A stretch of 64,000 nt of DNA from Mustelus asterias. Its lineage: Eukaryota. Both the position numbers and the translations under genes were made by a program. Positions 1 to 13,594 of this stretch are shown piece by piece. Under the pieces are notes generated by a model. That model was not told the origin of the DNA. It made no database searches and saw only the letters and a list, made by a program, of their open reading frames with translations. Each line of letters begins with the position of its first letter. Within the stretch, counting starts at the first letter, position 1. The stretch spans positions 7,130,001-7,194,000 of the forward strand of contig NC_135830.1 of assembly GCF_964213995.1 (NCBI RefSeq), written 5' to 3'.

Positions 1-562
1 TTGGGACTGCACGCCTCAGTAATATGGTATTGAACTGAGAAGCAGATTTGTGTACTGTGAACGGGATAGGAAGATTCCACCCAGAGTGTTGATCAAAAAG
101 AAAGAGGGGAGACGAATAAGCACCATTGTTCTGTTTAAACCTTTGTAATTGTGAATTACACAGGCTTTTCATTTTGTTGTTGAAAAATAAATTCTCCTCA
201 TATCAGTCCCATATTCTTTGACTATGAACGCCGGTTCTGGACCCTGCTGCCATCCTGCATTTCTCGTGTCGAATCCTGCATTATGGGTTTTAATGAGATC
301 TTCTGCTCCTGCCTCCCTTCTTCTGAACCACAGACAATAAAATCCTAACCAACTCAATCTCTCCTCATATGTCAGTCCTGCCACTCCAGAATCTGTCCGG
401 TGAACCTTCGGTGCACTCCCTCTTTAGCCAGAACATCTTTTCTTGGATATTGTTTTGCATTTTTTTCTGGATGAAATAATGAACCAGCTGTGGAAGCAAA
501 TCGAATCTCAAAAACCTTAGCATGAAAAGCAATCCTTACATTGCTATTCATGTGGGTTATGT

Positions 563-590
563 CGATTTTGTACCATCTGGAATCACTGTG
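563..590 (-). other. 12-bp-spacer recombination signal sequence (12-RSS) 5' of the J segment
   Basis: + strand reads CGATTTTGT (563-571; 7/9 match to GGTTTTTGT), 12-nt spacer ACCATCTGGAAT, then a perfect heptamer CACTGTG (584-590) abutting the J coding sequence. Confidence 0.92.
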
Positions 591-650
591 CAAACTATGC
601 AACCAGAAAGCTTACCTTTGGCAGTGGAACCAAACTCACTGTAGAACCCA
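591..650 (+). CDS. TRDJ: TCR joining (J) segment, probably J-delta
   Basis: Translates NYATRKLTFGSGTKLTVEP (FGxG motif). Followed by a GTAAGT donor at 651 in phase 1, matching the C exon acceptor at 8100. Confidence 0.92.
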
Positions 651-1354
651 GTAAGTGAAACTATTCTCTGCATTTTGTGTCTGGTTATAGTTTACGAAAG
701 TAATGTCCGATTCTCATACACCTGTAAAGAATCTTTATCCTGTAATTGCTGCTGTTGAGTTGATTAGGAGGAGCAGGAGGCGAGAGGGTGGAGTGAAAAA
801 TTAAAACGTCCTCTGACAACTCTGTGTTAGAATTTACAAACAGCAAATTATTAGACTCCTGCAACGATGGAGGAGACCATTAAGCCCATCGCTCTTGCTT
901 TGGGGACAGTAGAATCATCGTCATTGAATTTTACAGAACAGGAAGAGGTCCTGCGGCCCATTGTGCCTGCTCCAGCCATTATAACCATATCTATTCCAGT
1001 CGCATTTTTCAGCACTTGGTTGTAGCCTTGAATGCTACGGCATAAATGATCTTTGGACTTGCATGCCAAGGTCCCTCTGGTCCTCTGCACTTTCTCGCGT
1101 CCTGCAGTTCATGGCGTATTCCCGTGCCTTCAAAATGCATCACCTCACACTTTTCAGGTTTAAATTCCGTTTGGCACTGCTCTACCTGTCTGACCAGCTC
1201 ACCCATATCGTCCTGTAATCTTTGCAAGTCAGTGACACTTAACCTCACACGAAAAACATGTGTGCATCCTTGGCTTGACTTTGTGTGAAATTTGTATACA
1301 GCGCTCTCGAAATAATGCAAATTAAATGTCTTTCTTCTGTCCTCTGTGAGGTAA

Positions 1355-1575
1355 ATATGACTCAGCTGCTGCAATGCGAAGTTTCTGTCTTGGAAATTCT
1401 TCCTGCATATTTATTAATCACAGTGAGACACCCACATTCAGCAGTGAAATATGTGACCAGTAAGGATAAGCTTACTTAATGTCATTATCTGCTGTGTGAT
1501 AGACAGGGAGCCAGCATCATGTGGGAAGGTAATTGAGGACATTGCACTGATATAATGAATTTGCGCAGCTGAATA
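1355..1575. promoter_or_regulatory. Candidate J-C intronic enhancer
   Basis: Unique sequence with TGACTCA (1358-1364), CAGCTG (1363, 1566), GATA sites (1465, 1485, 1497) and TGTGGGAA (1520-1527). Motif inference only. Confidence 0.35.
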
Positions 1576-3829
1576 TCCACCTCAGCTCGTCCTAAATTGC
1601 AGTGTCCAGTCTTTTTTTAGCTCCAGTCCTTAGTAATGTCATATTGGACTAAAAATATCATAATTTTACTTTTACTTCTTGGATGTGGGCATTAAATCAA
1701 ATCAAATCAAATCAAATCCGAATTGCCCTCTGGGCAATTTCAGGTTCCATGACATCGCTTCTTGGATCCAAACCACTGGACGACATATTTCCTTCTCTAA
1801 AGGACATTGTTGATCTAAATGGGCATTTACAACCCATGGCAGAAGTCCTGTTTTCATTCGCAAACTTGGCAATAATAAATTCACTTCCCTCGTCCAAGTC
1901 ATTATGTATATTGTAAATAATTGTGGCCCGAGCATTGATCGCTGAGGCACTCCACTTGTAACAGATTGTCATCCTGAAAATGCTCCTCTTATCCCAACTC
2001 TCTGTATCCTATCGATTGGCGAATCCTCTTTCCATGCGAATATATTACCCCAAAACGCATAAACTCTGAATTAGCCCTCTGGCCGAGATCTTATTCAAAG
2101 CTTTTTTCTGCAAAGATAAGATGCCAACCATTGAACGGCAATGTTTTTTTACGGCAATCGTCGATAGTTGCCGGAGTTTTTACTGGAGGCTACACTTCGA
2201 TCAATTTATTTGAAATTACTCTGAGTGCTGGGGTGGGAATTGAACCCATTCCTTCAGAGAAATTAGCCCGGGGCTCTGCGCTGCTAATCCAATGACATTG
2301 CCATTTCGCTGCAACCATCCCACAATGTTGCATGAAGAATGTTTAGTGATAGTTTCAATCAAAAGTTTGTTACAGAGTCAGATATCACTGTGATTAATTT
2401 CGTCTTGTGAGTTTTATGAAAGAATTAATATTCAGCGCTATCACCCAGCACTTTCCTTCATGGACATATATAATATAGAGAAAGATAGAAAATAGGAGCA
2501 CGAGTGGATCAGTCGACACTTAGACCCTGCTCTGCCATTCGATACGAACGTGGCTGACCCTGTAACTCAACACCATACTAGCCCTCTCCTCATAATTCTT
2601 GACACCTTTAGAGTATAGAAATATATATCATTTTAAAATATATTCACTGATTTCGCATCCACAAACTTCTGTGGTAGAGAATTACAGTTTTACCAGCCTC
2701 TGAGTCAAGACAAAATGTCCTCATCTCAGAATTAAATGTCCAACCCTGAACACTGAAACTTTGCTCCCTTTTTCTGGACCCCACCCCGCCAAAGGAAACA
2801 ACATCCCTGCACCCAGTCTGCTCATCACTGCTAAAATTCTGTATATTTCAATGACATCGCCTCTCATGTTCTAAACTCCAAGTGAATACAGATGCAGTCG
2901 CCTCTCCTGAAACGACAATCCTGCCATCCTAATAATCAGTCTGGTGTACTTTTTCTGCACTCTTTCTATTGCAAGTGTATTTTTTCTTCGAAAGGGGACC
3001 AAAACTGCACACGATATTAGATTTCATCAAAAAAGGATTGGATTTAGGAAATGTCTTAATGGAGGAAAGTGAGGTATTAAGTTGAAAAATGTTTCCTGAT
3101 TTCGCTCCTGAAAGTCTTAAACATTAAACATCGTCAAAAATCCAATTTGCTTGAATCTTGAACTCCCCAACCAGCAGCAAATGTTCCTGTTTATCAACCC
3201 TCTCCGTTTGGGAATGATTAAGTCACTCCTTAACTAAATTCCAGCGTTTTAGAGTTAAACATCATCTACACTGTTAATTGGGTACTCTGAACATACATAC
3301 AGCTTACAGAGTAAAATTTCTTCTCCTCCTGCTCTGTTCAAGGAATTCTTAAATGCTGATTTTTAATTTTATGAAAACCAGAACAAAAATGTTGCCGGTT
3401 CTGATTGCGGACTCTTCTTTATTTCAATCCTGATCTCAGATCTTCACATTCAAACATGAATATTAAGCTCCGAATATATTTTTCGGTCTCTCAGTGTTTA
3501 TGCATTCTATCTTCTTTACGTGTCTAAAGAATTTGAATAAAGACATTCGTTGATCAATGCTTAGTCTGAGCATATGGACAATTATAAACAACATGGTTCA
3601 CTGATTTTTAATTCTAAGGTGCGTTAACTTACATTTCCCTGCACTGAAAACATCCATTAGTTTTATCCATTCACAAAATATTGATATTTCTTTGCAATTT
3701 GATGCTTCCAGCTACGCTGCTTACAATGCTGTTTATTGTGTCATTTGCATATTCAGCATTCTATCACATTTTATCACATTGTCTTAATAAACACGACTAC
3801 ACTGCATATCATTCTGTATAGATATATAT

Positions 3830-4730
3830 GTGCGTGCGTATTTGTGCGTGCGTGTGCGCGTGCGTGTGTGTGTGTGTGTGTTTATGTGTGAGTGTGTTTG
3901 TACGTCTGTATGTCCATACCTGTCTGTGTGAGTGTCTGCGGCGTGTGTATGTATTCAAATCTCGAATCAACATAGAAGCAGGTATAGGCCATTTGGCCCA
4001 TCAATACTGATCGAACATTCAAACCGATCATGGCACATTCACACACGTTCACAGACGTGCACACACGCACCCACCCATAGAAAAGCACACACAGAAACAC
4101 TCACACAGATGCACACAAACACACACACAAGCTACACGCACACTCACATTAATATTTTGTGACACAGAAACGTAGCATTTGCCTTCCTCATTGTTTGCTG
4201 TACCTGAATGCTAGCTTTTAGTGAACAGGTCTCTCTGGAAGTCAACTCTTTTCAACCTTGCACCATGTGGGACATATTCTGTATTTCTGTTTTTTTTTCC
4301 CCCAACCAGAGTGGATAACTTCATACTTAGTTACTTTTTATTCCATCTGCCATGTCTTTGCGCATTCACTCAGCCTGTCCAAATGTCCTTGAAGCCCCCA
4401 TTGCATCCTCCTCTCCATTATGTCTGTGCCATCAGCAAGGTTTTACCTATTTTATTTGGTCCCCACATCAAGTTTCTGGGTGTGTTCCAGTCACTGTGTT
4501 TGTTTCTGGGCATGTCTGTCTCTCAATACCTCCGTCTGATTGTCTCTCGATCTGTGCGTGTGTGTGTTTGTATGTGTGTGTGTGGGTGTGTGTACGCCTG
4601 TGTGCCTGTACGTCCATGCTTGCCTGTGTGTGTCTGCGGCGTGCAAAAGTATTTCAGTCTCAAAAGAACATAAGAGCAGGAGTAGGCCATTTGGCCCAAA
4701 AATAATGCTCCAACTTTCAAACAGATCATG

Positions 4731-4775
<45 letters not shown>

Positions 4776-5200
4776 CTCGCGCTCTCGCGCTCTCGCGCTC
4801 CTATTTGATTCCACAAATATGTAGCACTTGCCTTCCACATGTCTTGCTGTGCCTACATGCTAATATTTACTGACCCGTGAACAAGGACATCCAGCTCTCT
4901 CTGGCAACAACCCTGTCCAATCTCGCACTGCTTAGGAAATACTCTGCCTTTCTGATGTCTTTTCTTTCTGCCAGAATGGATAACTTCACACATATTCAGT
5001 TGTATTTCATCTGCCATGTTCTTGCCCATTTACTCAGCCTGTCCCAACTCCCTTCAAGTCCTCCTTGTATCCTCCTCACCATTAGTTGTGCTCATCAGCA
5101 AGATTGGAAATATTTTATTTGGTCCCCAAATCCAGTCTCTCTGTGTTTGTGTGTGGTGCTGGGTGTGTGTGTCTCTCAATGTCTCAGTGTGTGTCTGTGT
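3830..5200. repeat. Old ~700-bp tandem duplication of (TG)n/(CA)n microsatellite plus LINE remnant
   Basis: GCAGGTATAGGCCATTTGGCCCA near 3978 and GCAGGAGTAGGCCATTTGGCCCA near 4676, with colinear flanks. Confidence 0.6.
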
Positions 5201-5208
5201 GTGTGTGT

Positions 5209-5241
<33 letters not shown>

Positions 5242-5297
5242 GGGGGGGAGGGGGGGGCGGGGCGGGGGTATGCATGCTTCCAGATGCATGTGTGTGT

Positions 5298-6955
5298 CAT
5301 AGTGTCATAGAATCATAGAGGTTTACAACTTGGAAATAGGCCCTTTGGCCCAACTTTTTCATGGCGCCTTTTTCATAAACCCTAAGCTAGCCCCAATTGC
5401 CTGCATTTGGCCCATATCCCTCTAAACCCATCGTACCCATGTAACTGTCCAAATGCTTTTTTAAAGACAAAATTGTACCTGCCTCTACTACTACCTCTGG
5501 CAGCTTGTTCCGGACACTCACCACCCTCTGTGTGAAAGAAATGCCCCTGTGGACACTTTTGTATCTCTCCCTCTCACCTTAAACCTATGCCCTCTAGTTG
5601 CAGACTCCCCTACCTTTGACTATCTGACTGATCTATGCCCCTCATTATTTTATAGACCTCTATGAGATCACCTCTCAGCCCCCTCAGAGAAAAAAGTCCC
5701 AGTCTATCCAGCCTCTCCTTATAACTCAAACCATCAAGTCCCAGTAGCATCCTGGAAAATCTTTTCTGCACTCTTTCTAGTTTAATCATATCATTTCTAT
5801 AATAGGGTGATCAGAACTGTACACAGTATTCAAAGTGTGGCCTTAACAATGTCTTGTACAACTTCAACAAGACGTCCCAACTCCGATATCCATTGAAACC
5901 AAGCATGCTGAATGCCGTCTTCACCAATCTGTCCACCTGTGACGCCACTTTCAAGGAGCTATGAACGTGCACCCCTAGATCTCTTTGTTCTGTATGTCTC
6001 CCCAACGCCCTACCATTAACTGAGTGAGTCCTGCCCTGGTTCAATCTACCAAAATGCCTCACCTCGCATTTGTCTAAATTAAACTCTGTCTGCCACTCGT
6101 CAGCCCACTGGCCCAATTGATCAAGATCCCATTGCAAACCGAAATAACCTTCCGCACTGTCCACTATGCCACAAATCTTGGTGTCACCTGCAAACGTACC
6201 AACCATGCCTCCTATATTTTCATCCAAATCATTAATATAGATGACAAATAACATTGGACCCAACACTGATCCCTGAGGCACTCCGCTGGTCACAGGCCTC
6301 CAGTTTGAAAAACAACGTCTACAACCACCCTCTGGCTTCTGTGATCAAGCCAATTTTGTATCCATTTGGCTTCCTCACGCTGGATCCTGTGAGATTTAAC
6401 TTTACAATCAACCTACCATGAGGAAACTTGTCAAAGGCCTTGCCAACTTCCATGTAGACAACATCAACTGCCTTCTTGGCTATCCCTTCAAAAACTCAAA
6501 CTCACAAAGCCATGCTGACTGTCCCGAATCAGTCCTTGTATTTCTCAATGCCTGTAGATCCTGTCTCTCAAAATACGTTCCAACAACTTACCCACCACAG
6601 ATGTGAGACTCACTGGCCTGTAGTTCCCAGGCTTTTCCCTGCAGCCCTTTTTAAACAAAGGCACAACATTTGCCACCCTCCAATCTTCAGGCACCTCACC
6701 TATGACTAACAATGATTTAAATATCTCTGCTCGGGAACCCGCAAATTCCTCCCTAGCCTCCCACAATATCCTGGGATACACTTCATCAGTTCCCGGGGAT
6801 TTATCTACCTCAATGCGCTTTAAGACTTCCAGCACCTCTTTCTCTGTTATATATACACTCCTTAAGACATCACTATTTATTTCCCCAAGTTCCCTAACAT
6901 CCATGCTTTTCTCAACAGTAAAGACTGATGAGAAATATTCATTTAGGATCTCACC
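5298..6955 (-). mobile_element. CR1-clade LINE, 5'-truncated and degenerate
   Basis: ORF2 RT motifs (KSPGTDEVYPRIL, SGVPQGSVLGPMLFVIYINDL) and 3' end with (CTATGA)n-type tail. Confidence 0.9.
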
Positions 6956-7720
6956 TGATAAATGTGAGGTGATTCATTTTGGTAGGACTAATTTAAATGT
7001 GGATTACGGGGTCAAAGGTACGGTTCTGAAGACTGTGGAGGAACAGAGAGATCTTGGGGTCCATATCCACAGATCTCTAAAGGTTGCCACTCAAGTGGAT
7101 AGAGCTGTGAAGAAGGCCTATAGTGTGTGGAGTTTAAGAGCCGTGGGGTTATGCTGCAACTGTACAGGACCTTGGTGAGACCACATTTGGAATATTATGT
7201 GCAGTTCTGGTCACCTCACTATAAGAAGGATGTGGAAGCGCTGGAAAGAGTGCAGAGGAGATTTACCAGGATGCTGCCTGGTTTGGAGGGTAGGTCTTAT
7301 GAGGAAAGGTTGAGGGAGCTGGGGCTGTTCTCTCTGGAGCGGAGGAGGCTGAGGGGAGACTTAATAGAGGTTGATAAAATGATGAAGGGGATAGATAGAG
7401 TGAACGTTCAAAGACTATTTCCTCGGGTGGATGGAGCTATTACAAGGGGGCATAACTATAGGGTTCATGGTGGGAGATATAGGAAGGATATCAGAGGTAG
7501 GTTCTTTACGCAGAGAGTAGTTGGGGTGTGGAATGGACTGCCTGCAGTGATAGTGGAGTCAGACACTTTAGGAACATTTAAGCGGTTAATGGATAGGCAG
7601 ATGGAGCACACCAGGATGATAGGGAGTGGGATAGCTTGATCTTGGTTTCAGATAAAGCTCGGCACAACATCGTGGGCCGAAGGGCCTGTTCTGTGCTGTA
7701 CTGTTCTATGTTTCTATGTT
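6953..7720 (+). mobile_element. CR1-clade LINE 3' fragment
   Basis: LYRTLVRPHLEY...RRLRGDLIEV...FFTQRVV and 3' tail TTCTATG repeats. Confidence 0.9.
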
Positions 7721-7744
7721 CACCCGTGTGTGTGTGTATGTATA

Positions 7745-7775
<31 letters not shown>

Positions 7776-7854
7776 TTGTGTGCATATGTGTCTATGCATG
7801 TCCGTCTATCTGCTTATATGCCTGGGCATGTGTGCGTGTGCATGTGAGTGTGTG

Positions 7855-7897
<43 letters not shown>

Positions 7898-8099
7898 AAG
7901 AGAGGCGTCACTCCTCAGCCTTCTCTGTGCCAAGCGAAAAAGCCCTAATTATCCAGTCTCAGCATTCGGTAAATTCATGGAGAAACTCACATAGGGTTAA
8001 GACATAGAAAAAATGCGGGTCTAATCGAATGGCTCAGCAGGTTGGAGGAGGTCACTCTGTTGGATTCTGATTATTTCCTTTTATTTATTAAATTTTCAG

Positions 8100-8414
8100 A
8101 GGCGAAAGGCCCGGTGGAGCCTACATTGAGCGTCTTTTACCCGCCAGTGCCACGGGGAGCCACCGGCATCGACACAGCTGCAGTTTGCTTGGCCTCGGAC
8201 TTCTCGCCCAACGCAATCATGCTCTCCCTGTACACGGGAGGATCGGGCCAGGAGGTCAATGTGACAAGACCCAGTGTCCTATTGGAGAGCGGGAATTACA
8301 GGAGCTCGGGTTTTCTCTCTTTCCCCCAATCCGAGAAATCGCCAAACATCACGTGCAAGGCATTTCACGATAATCGAAATTACTCAGTAAACATCCCGCC
8401 CACAGCTGAAATTG
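8100..8414 (+). CDS. TRDC: TCR constant exon 1 (C1-set Ig domain), delta-like
   Basis: TTTTCAG acceptor (8098-8099), phase 1. Protein (K)AKGPVEPTLSVFYPP...TAAVCLASDFSPNAI...NVTRPSVLLESGNYRSSGFLSFP...NITCKAFH has both Ig cysteines and N-glycosylation sequons NVT, NIT and NYS. G|GTAAGT donor at 8415. TCR C identity is near certain; delta rather than alpha is my recall-based call. Confidence 0.85.
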
Positions 8415-9204
8415 GTAAGTTTATTTTATTTTCGTTCACGTGATGTGGGTGTCGTTGGCTTGGCCAACATTTATTGCCCATCCTAAATTGCCCTTCAGCA
8501 GAGGACATTTACGAGTCACTTGCCGGCCAGACCATGTAAGGACGGCAGATTTCGTTCGCTGAAGGAAGTTAGTGAACCAGATGAGTTTTAATGATAATCG
8601 ACAATGGTTTCAGGGTCATCATGAAACTTTTAATTCCAATTTTTAAAAAAATGTTCAAATTTCGCAGCTGCCATCCCCAGGTCAGCATTCTGGGTCGTTG
8701 GATTACCAGTCCAGTGACAATGCCACTGCGCCACTGCGTCCTCTGAGAATGTTTTATGACAGGAAGAACTTGCACTAAATATTATCCATCCTCTTAACGA
8801 CCGAAGGACTCTCGGTGTCATCGTCACTCAAAGTGTAGTCTTTTTGAAAGGTTAGCTGACTAATGATTGACTGTCAATTATCCTAGTCTGGGGATTTCAC
8901 TGCAGGAGTTCCTCAGTGTCTCAGGCCTAACCAGCTTCAGTTGCTTCATCAATCACCTTCAATCCATTGTAAGGTCAGAAGTTGGGATGTTCGCTGATGA
9001 CTGAATAATTTTCAGCACCATTCATGACACCTCAGATCTTGAAGTAGTGCATTACAAATGCAGCAATGGCTGGACAATACTTTGACTGACAAGTTGCAAG
9101 TAACATTTGCGCCACACATGTTCCAGGCAATGACCAACTCCAACAGGAAAGAAGCTAACAACCGGCTCTTGACATTTAATGGCATTACCATGACTGAAAC
9201 AATG

Positions 9205-9585
9205 AACAAAGAACAAAGAAAATTACAGCACAGGAACAGGCCCTTCGGCCCTCCAAGCCTGCACCGACGATGCTGCCCGACTTAACTAAAACCCCTTTCC
9301 CTTCCGGGGACCATATCGCTCTATTCCCATCTTATTCATGTATTTGTCCAGGTGTCCCTTAAAACTCACTATCGTATCTCCTTCCACTACCTCACCCGGC
9401 AGCGAGTTCCAGGCACGCACCACCTTCTGTGTAACAAATCTGCCTCGTACGTCTCCTTTAAACCTCGCCCCTCGCACCTTAAACCTATGCCCCCGAGTAA
9501 TTGACTCTTCCACCCTGGGAAAAAGCTTCTAACTATCCACTCTGTCCATGCCTCTCATAATCCTGTAGACTTCTATCAGGTCAAC
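9205..9585 (-). mobile_element. CR1 3' fragment nested in an older LINE remnant
   Basis: TRGHRFKVRG...FVTQKVVRAWNSLPGEVVE; (TTCTTTG)n tail. Confidence 0.8.
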
Positions 9586-9850
9586 CCCCACTATCAATAT
9601 CCTGAGGGTTAACGTTGCTTAGAAACTGGAGTGGACTATCCATATAAGTGCTGTGGCTGCAAGAGCATGTCGGAGATTGGGAATCCTGTGGTGAGTAACG
9701 TATCTCCTCATCCCCCAAATTCTCTGCACCATCCACAAGACATAATCATGACTGTGGTAGTGTATTCGCCACTTGCCTCGATGAATGCAGCTCCAACAAC
9801 ACTCAGAAATTTGACACGACCCAGGACAAAGCAGCTCCGCTTGATTAACA

Positions 9851-10215
9851 GTTTGTTTATTAGTGTCACAAGTAGGCTTACATTAAAACTGCAATGAAGT
9901 TATTGTGAAAATCCCATAGTCGCCACACTCTGTGCCTGTTCGGGTACACTGAGGGGGAATTTAGCACGGCCAATGCATCTAATCAGCACGTATTTCGGAC
10001 TGTGGGAGGAAACCGGAGCACCCGGATCAAACCCACGCTGACACGGGGAAAACGTGCAGACTCTGCACAGACAATCACCCAAGCCGGGAATCGAACACAG
10101 GTCCCTGACGCTGTGGGCGGGGAGGTGGGGGGGGGGGGGGGGGGTGGGGGAGTGGCGGCGGGCGGGGAGGGGGTGAGGGGGGTTGCAGCAGTACTAACCA
10201 CTGTGCCACTGTGCC
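9851..10215 (-). mobile_element. tRNA-derived SINE (HE1-like family) with internal G-run
   Basis: Reverse complement carries GGCACAGTGGTTAGTACTGCTG (A box), GTTCGATTCCCGG (B box) and the conserved core. Confidence 0.75.
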
Positions 10216-11133
10216 GTTCTAGCACTAAGTACTCCATTCACAAACATCCACTTCTTCCACCACCGATGCACAGTGGCAGCAGTGTGTGCCATCCACAATA
10301 TACACAGCAGTAACTCTCCAAGTCTCCTTCCGCTGAATCTTCCAAACTCACGACCGTTATCATCTCGGAGGACAAGGGCAGCAGATACCTGGGAACACCA
10401 TCATCTGGACGTTACCCTCCATGTCACTCAGCATCCTGACTTGGAAATGTTTCGGCATTTCCTTCACTGTCGCTGCGTCAAAATGGTGGAACTTCTTCCC
10501 TAACAGCACTGTGTGTGTACGTACACCTGACAGACTGCAGAGGTTCAAGCAGGAGACTCACAACCACCTTCTGAATGGGGCAATTAGGGATTGGCAATAA
10601 ATGCTGACCTGCCAGCGATGTCCACATTCCGTAAATGAATAAAAATAATAAGAGCTAACTATTATAATTCAGGGCAGTGTCCAGGAGCCGCAGCTACTGG
10701 TGCATCACCGAGTTTAGGGAAGTATTAAATACTAACCAGGGTACTGGAGAACCCCGCTCCTCTGGAGAAATGCCCTGATATCATTTAATCCACTGCAGAG
10801 CTCAAATCAGGCCTCCGTTTCACGACTTTTTCGGAAGACAGTGAAATACTGCACTGATGGAACGGCCCTGGATCCTGGGTTTTAATCCCTGATGGGGAAT
10901 CGATCCTGCACTCTTTGAACTCAGATCTGGGCCGAACTAAACGGCAGAGCTACCAATGTTTCTCCGTTGTGAATAATCAAGTGAACAAGTCCAATCGTGC
11001 TGTTTGATTCTTACTTTCTTCGTGGCTTTTGGTTATGACAACAACATTATTCAAAATGACATTGAGAACAAACATGGTTACAGTAATGTCACTTGCTTGC
11101 TTAATAAGTCAAATGTCTTTTTTGCCCTTCCAG

Positions 11134-11196
11134 GTAAACCTAAATGCCCTACAGGTCGAAATGATCCCTTGACAGAATCAACTGACACGGAAAACG
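11134..11196 (+). CDS. TRDC: TCR constant exon 2 (connecting peptide with interchain Cys)
   Basis: CCCTTCCAG acceptor; 63 bp; (G)KPKCPTGRNDPLTESTDTEN; G|GTATGT donor; phase 1-1. The long hinge exon is more delta-like than alpha-like. Confidence 0.88.
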
Positions 11197-11634
11197 GTAT
11201 GTGCTTTATTCAACATTTATCAAAGTAAAATACTTGCAAATAGACAGATTGATAAGTGGACAAATAGGCACGGATACAGACCCGGAGATCGAATGATAGA
11301 CATATAGTGAGATGGGGAGAAATATAGATTGTCACACAGAGTGAGGGAGAGAGATATATAAATCGAGGGGGAAAGCGAGAGAGGAGGAGAGGCGGGGAGA
11401 GAGAGAGAGAAATTCAGAGTGAAAGAGAGGTGAAGATAGATAGACAGGCAGGCAGACGGGCGGACGGACAGACAGAGATGGACAGACGGACGGAAGGACA
11501 GGGATGGACAGACGGACGAAAGCCAAGCTGTTAGATAATGGAAAAAATATCACATTAGTGGTATACAGTTGTTTTTCAATTCAAAATGATATATCCATTA
11601 ACCAGATCTATCATTTGTTTCTCTTATTTGGCAG

Positions 11635-11745
11635 ATCGACTGAGGGTGAACTTTCTGTCTTTGACGGTGATGGGGCTAAGAATTTTGTTTTTCAAGAGCA
11701 TTGTCTTCAATGTCATGATGACGGCCAGGGTGTGGCTATTTTGAG
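11635..11745 (+). CDS. TRDC: TCR constant exon 3 (transmembrane and short tail)
   Basis: TTTGGCAG acceptor; (D)RLRVNFLSLTVMGLRILFFKSIVFNVMMTARVWLF* with the Arg/Lys pair diagnostic of TCR alpha/delta TM segments. TGA at 11742-11744, then GTAAG donor at 11746, implying an unlocated non-coding 4th exon. Confidence 0.92.
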
Positions 11746-13594
11746 GTAAGGTCGGTCACCTGAATGCATGCCAAGAAAGACAAACTGTGATGAACAATGA
11801 CCATTGACGGGATCTCGCGAGGCCACTGTTAAGGCAGACGCTGAAACTAACCCGTGGAGTGAGCATTAACTTGGATGCATTTAGACAAACGAACTCTTAC
11901 TCCAGTGCCCCATCCTCATCGCTTTTCATCCCTCCCTTGCCACCGCACCACCGCCCCCCCCCCGCCCCCGCCGCCCCCCCCCCGCCCCCGCCCCCGCCGC
12001 CCCCCCCCCCGCCCCCGCCCGCCAACCCCCGTTCCCAATCGCAGCCTTGACTTCTTAAACCTCTCCAGATTTTTGTTTAATTATGGGTGTCACTGACTAG
12101 CCTAACCTTTTCCGCCCATCCCTTGGTCTTGAGCTGCGTGGCTCTTTCGGAGAGTCGGTGCAGACTCTATGGGCCAAATCGCATCCTTCTGCACTGTCGG
12201 GGTTCTTGTGCAATTGCAGTGGCTTCTGAGAATATTATTGGAGAATGTTAATGGAGACCCTAAAGATACAAGGTGTTCTTTGCTTGCTGACTCTTTGATG
12301 TGCTACTACTGTTGCTCCTTCCATTCCAAACAGAACTGCATTGGACGATGAAATGCATTCAGGTGTGAACTCATTGACTGGGGTATCAAAATCCAGAGGC
12401 TTCCTGATCAGAAGTTCCGCTTCAAGCAATTCAATCTCGCTTGTTTTAAATGGCGACTTAACTTTAAAAGATCCTCTTTTCGGTCACTTTTTTCCACTGT
12501 TATTTTGATTTGAAATTCGTGGTTCTGCGAAAATTCTACTGCTTATGCTACATAAACATTTCAATTATGCATTTCAGCAACAGCGTGGAGCTAGCATTGA
12601 CATGGTGTCTGCCTGCATTAGTGTCGGAGACATTTTTGAAAACAGCATTTTCAATTTTAGGACGTATAGAACTTCGATTTTTATATTCTTTGCTTAGAAT
12701 AGTAGAATCCTATTCCGGAGAAAGCAGCCACTCAGCCCATAGTGACAATGGCAGCCCTTTACAGGGCAATCTAGGTAATGGCACCTCACATGTTCCTTTT
12801 GGTTGTTTTACTCTGGTAGTTATTTTAAACATTGTATTTTAATGCATGCAATTTAAGAGCGTAAGATACGTTAAATCAGCAAGGGTCTGATCGGATTTTC
12901 ATCAAACTTTTAGATTGTTGCCAAGGTGATATTCTCTCTCCCGTACTTAATCTTGGACTCCAGATTTTCCTCCCAGTGCCACGGAGGCACCAATCCCCAG
13001 CCTGTGCATCTGGGCCCTTAGAGATAATCGAGCCACCACTTGCCGCCGTGCAGAGCTTTATCATGACACGGCATTTCACAAGTAAGATGAACAAGAGTTT
13101 TTGAACATCTCGCCATGAGCTTAGCCTAAAATCAGGTTATTGCTCTCAAGTTATTTTACAGATGGGACATTCGTACACATTTAAGACCATCCGGTTAGTC
13201 AGGGGAAGCGAGAGTTATGGGGCTAAGGTGGTAAAGTGGAGTTGAGGATAATATCAAACCAACCATGATTTCATTGAAAGGCGAAGCAGCTCCTGTGGGC
13301 CGAATGGTCTACTTCTACTCCTCCGTCTTATGCTCTTCTGGTTCGTTAATCACACCTTTGTGCATATCTGTCACCTTGTTATTTTTTCATATGCATCGCT
13401 TATAATATTGAATAAATTTGCAGTCTTTAATGAAGGGTGTCTTCTGCTTCTTTGTTAACGCGATGGCAAGACATGCATTTGGTTTGGTTGACAGAGAGCT
13501 CTTGTAGTCGCGCAGCACAAATGGAGGCCACTGAGCCCATCATGAGGATACCAGCTCCCCATGGCAGATCCCGCCAATTGGAGCCAATTTATTT

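Noticed and set aside
32-120. TACTGTG near the window start as a D segment
   Set aside because: No acceptable nonamer upstream and no 3' 23-RSS.
1419-1425. Isolated CACAGTG in the J-C intron, like the Ig kappa intronic RSS
   Set aside because: No nonamer at 12 or 23 spacing; about one such heptamer is expected by chance in 7.4 kb.
2365-2430. CACTGTG as a second J segment RSS
   Set aside because: No nonamer at 12-nt spacing and no FGxG or splice donor downstream.
5298-7720. Head-to-head CR1 pieces as one twin-primed insertion
   Set aside because: Both pieces have their own 3' ends and cover overlapping ORF2 regions, so they are two elements.
12750-12810. LGNGT as a J-like motif
   Set aside because: No RSS; it overlaps a decayed SINE/LINE tail.
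12060-13420. Non-coding fourth C exon ending at AATAAA 13411
   Set aside because: Plausible, but the acceptor cannot be chosen from sequence alone.
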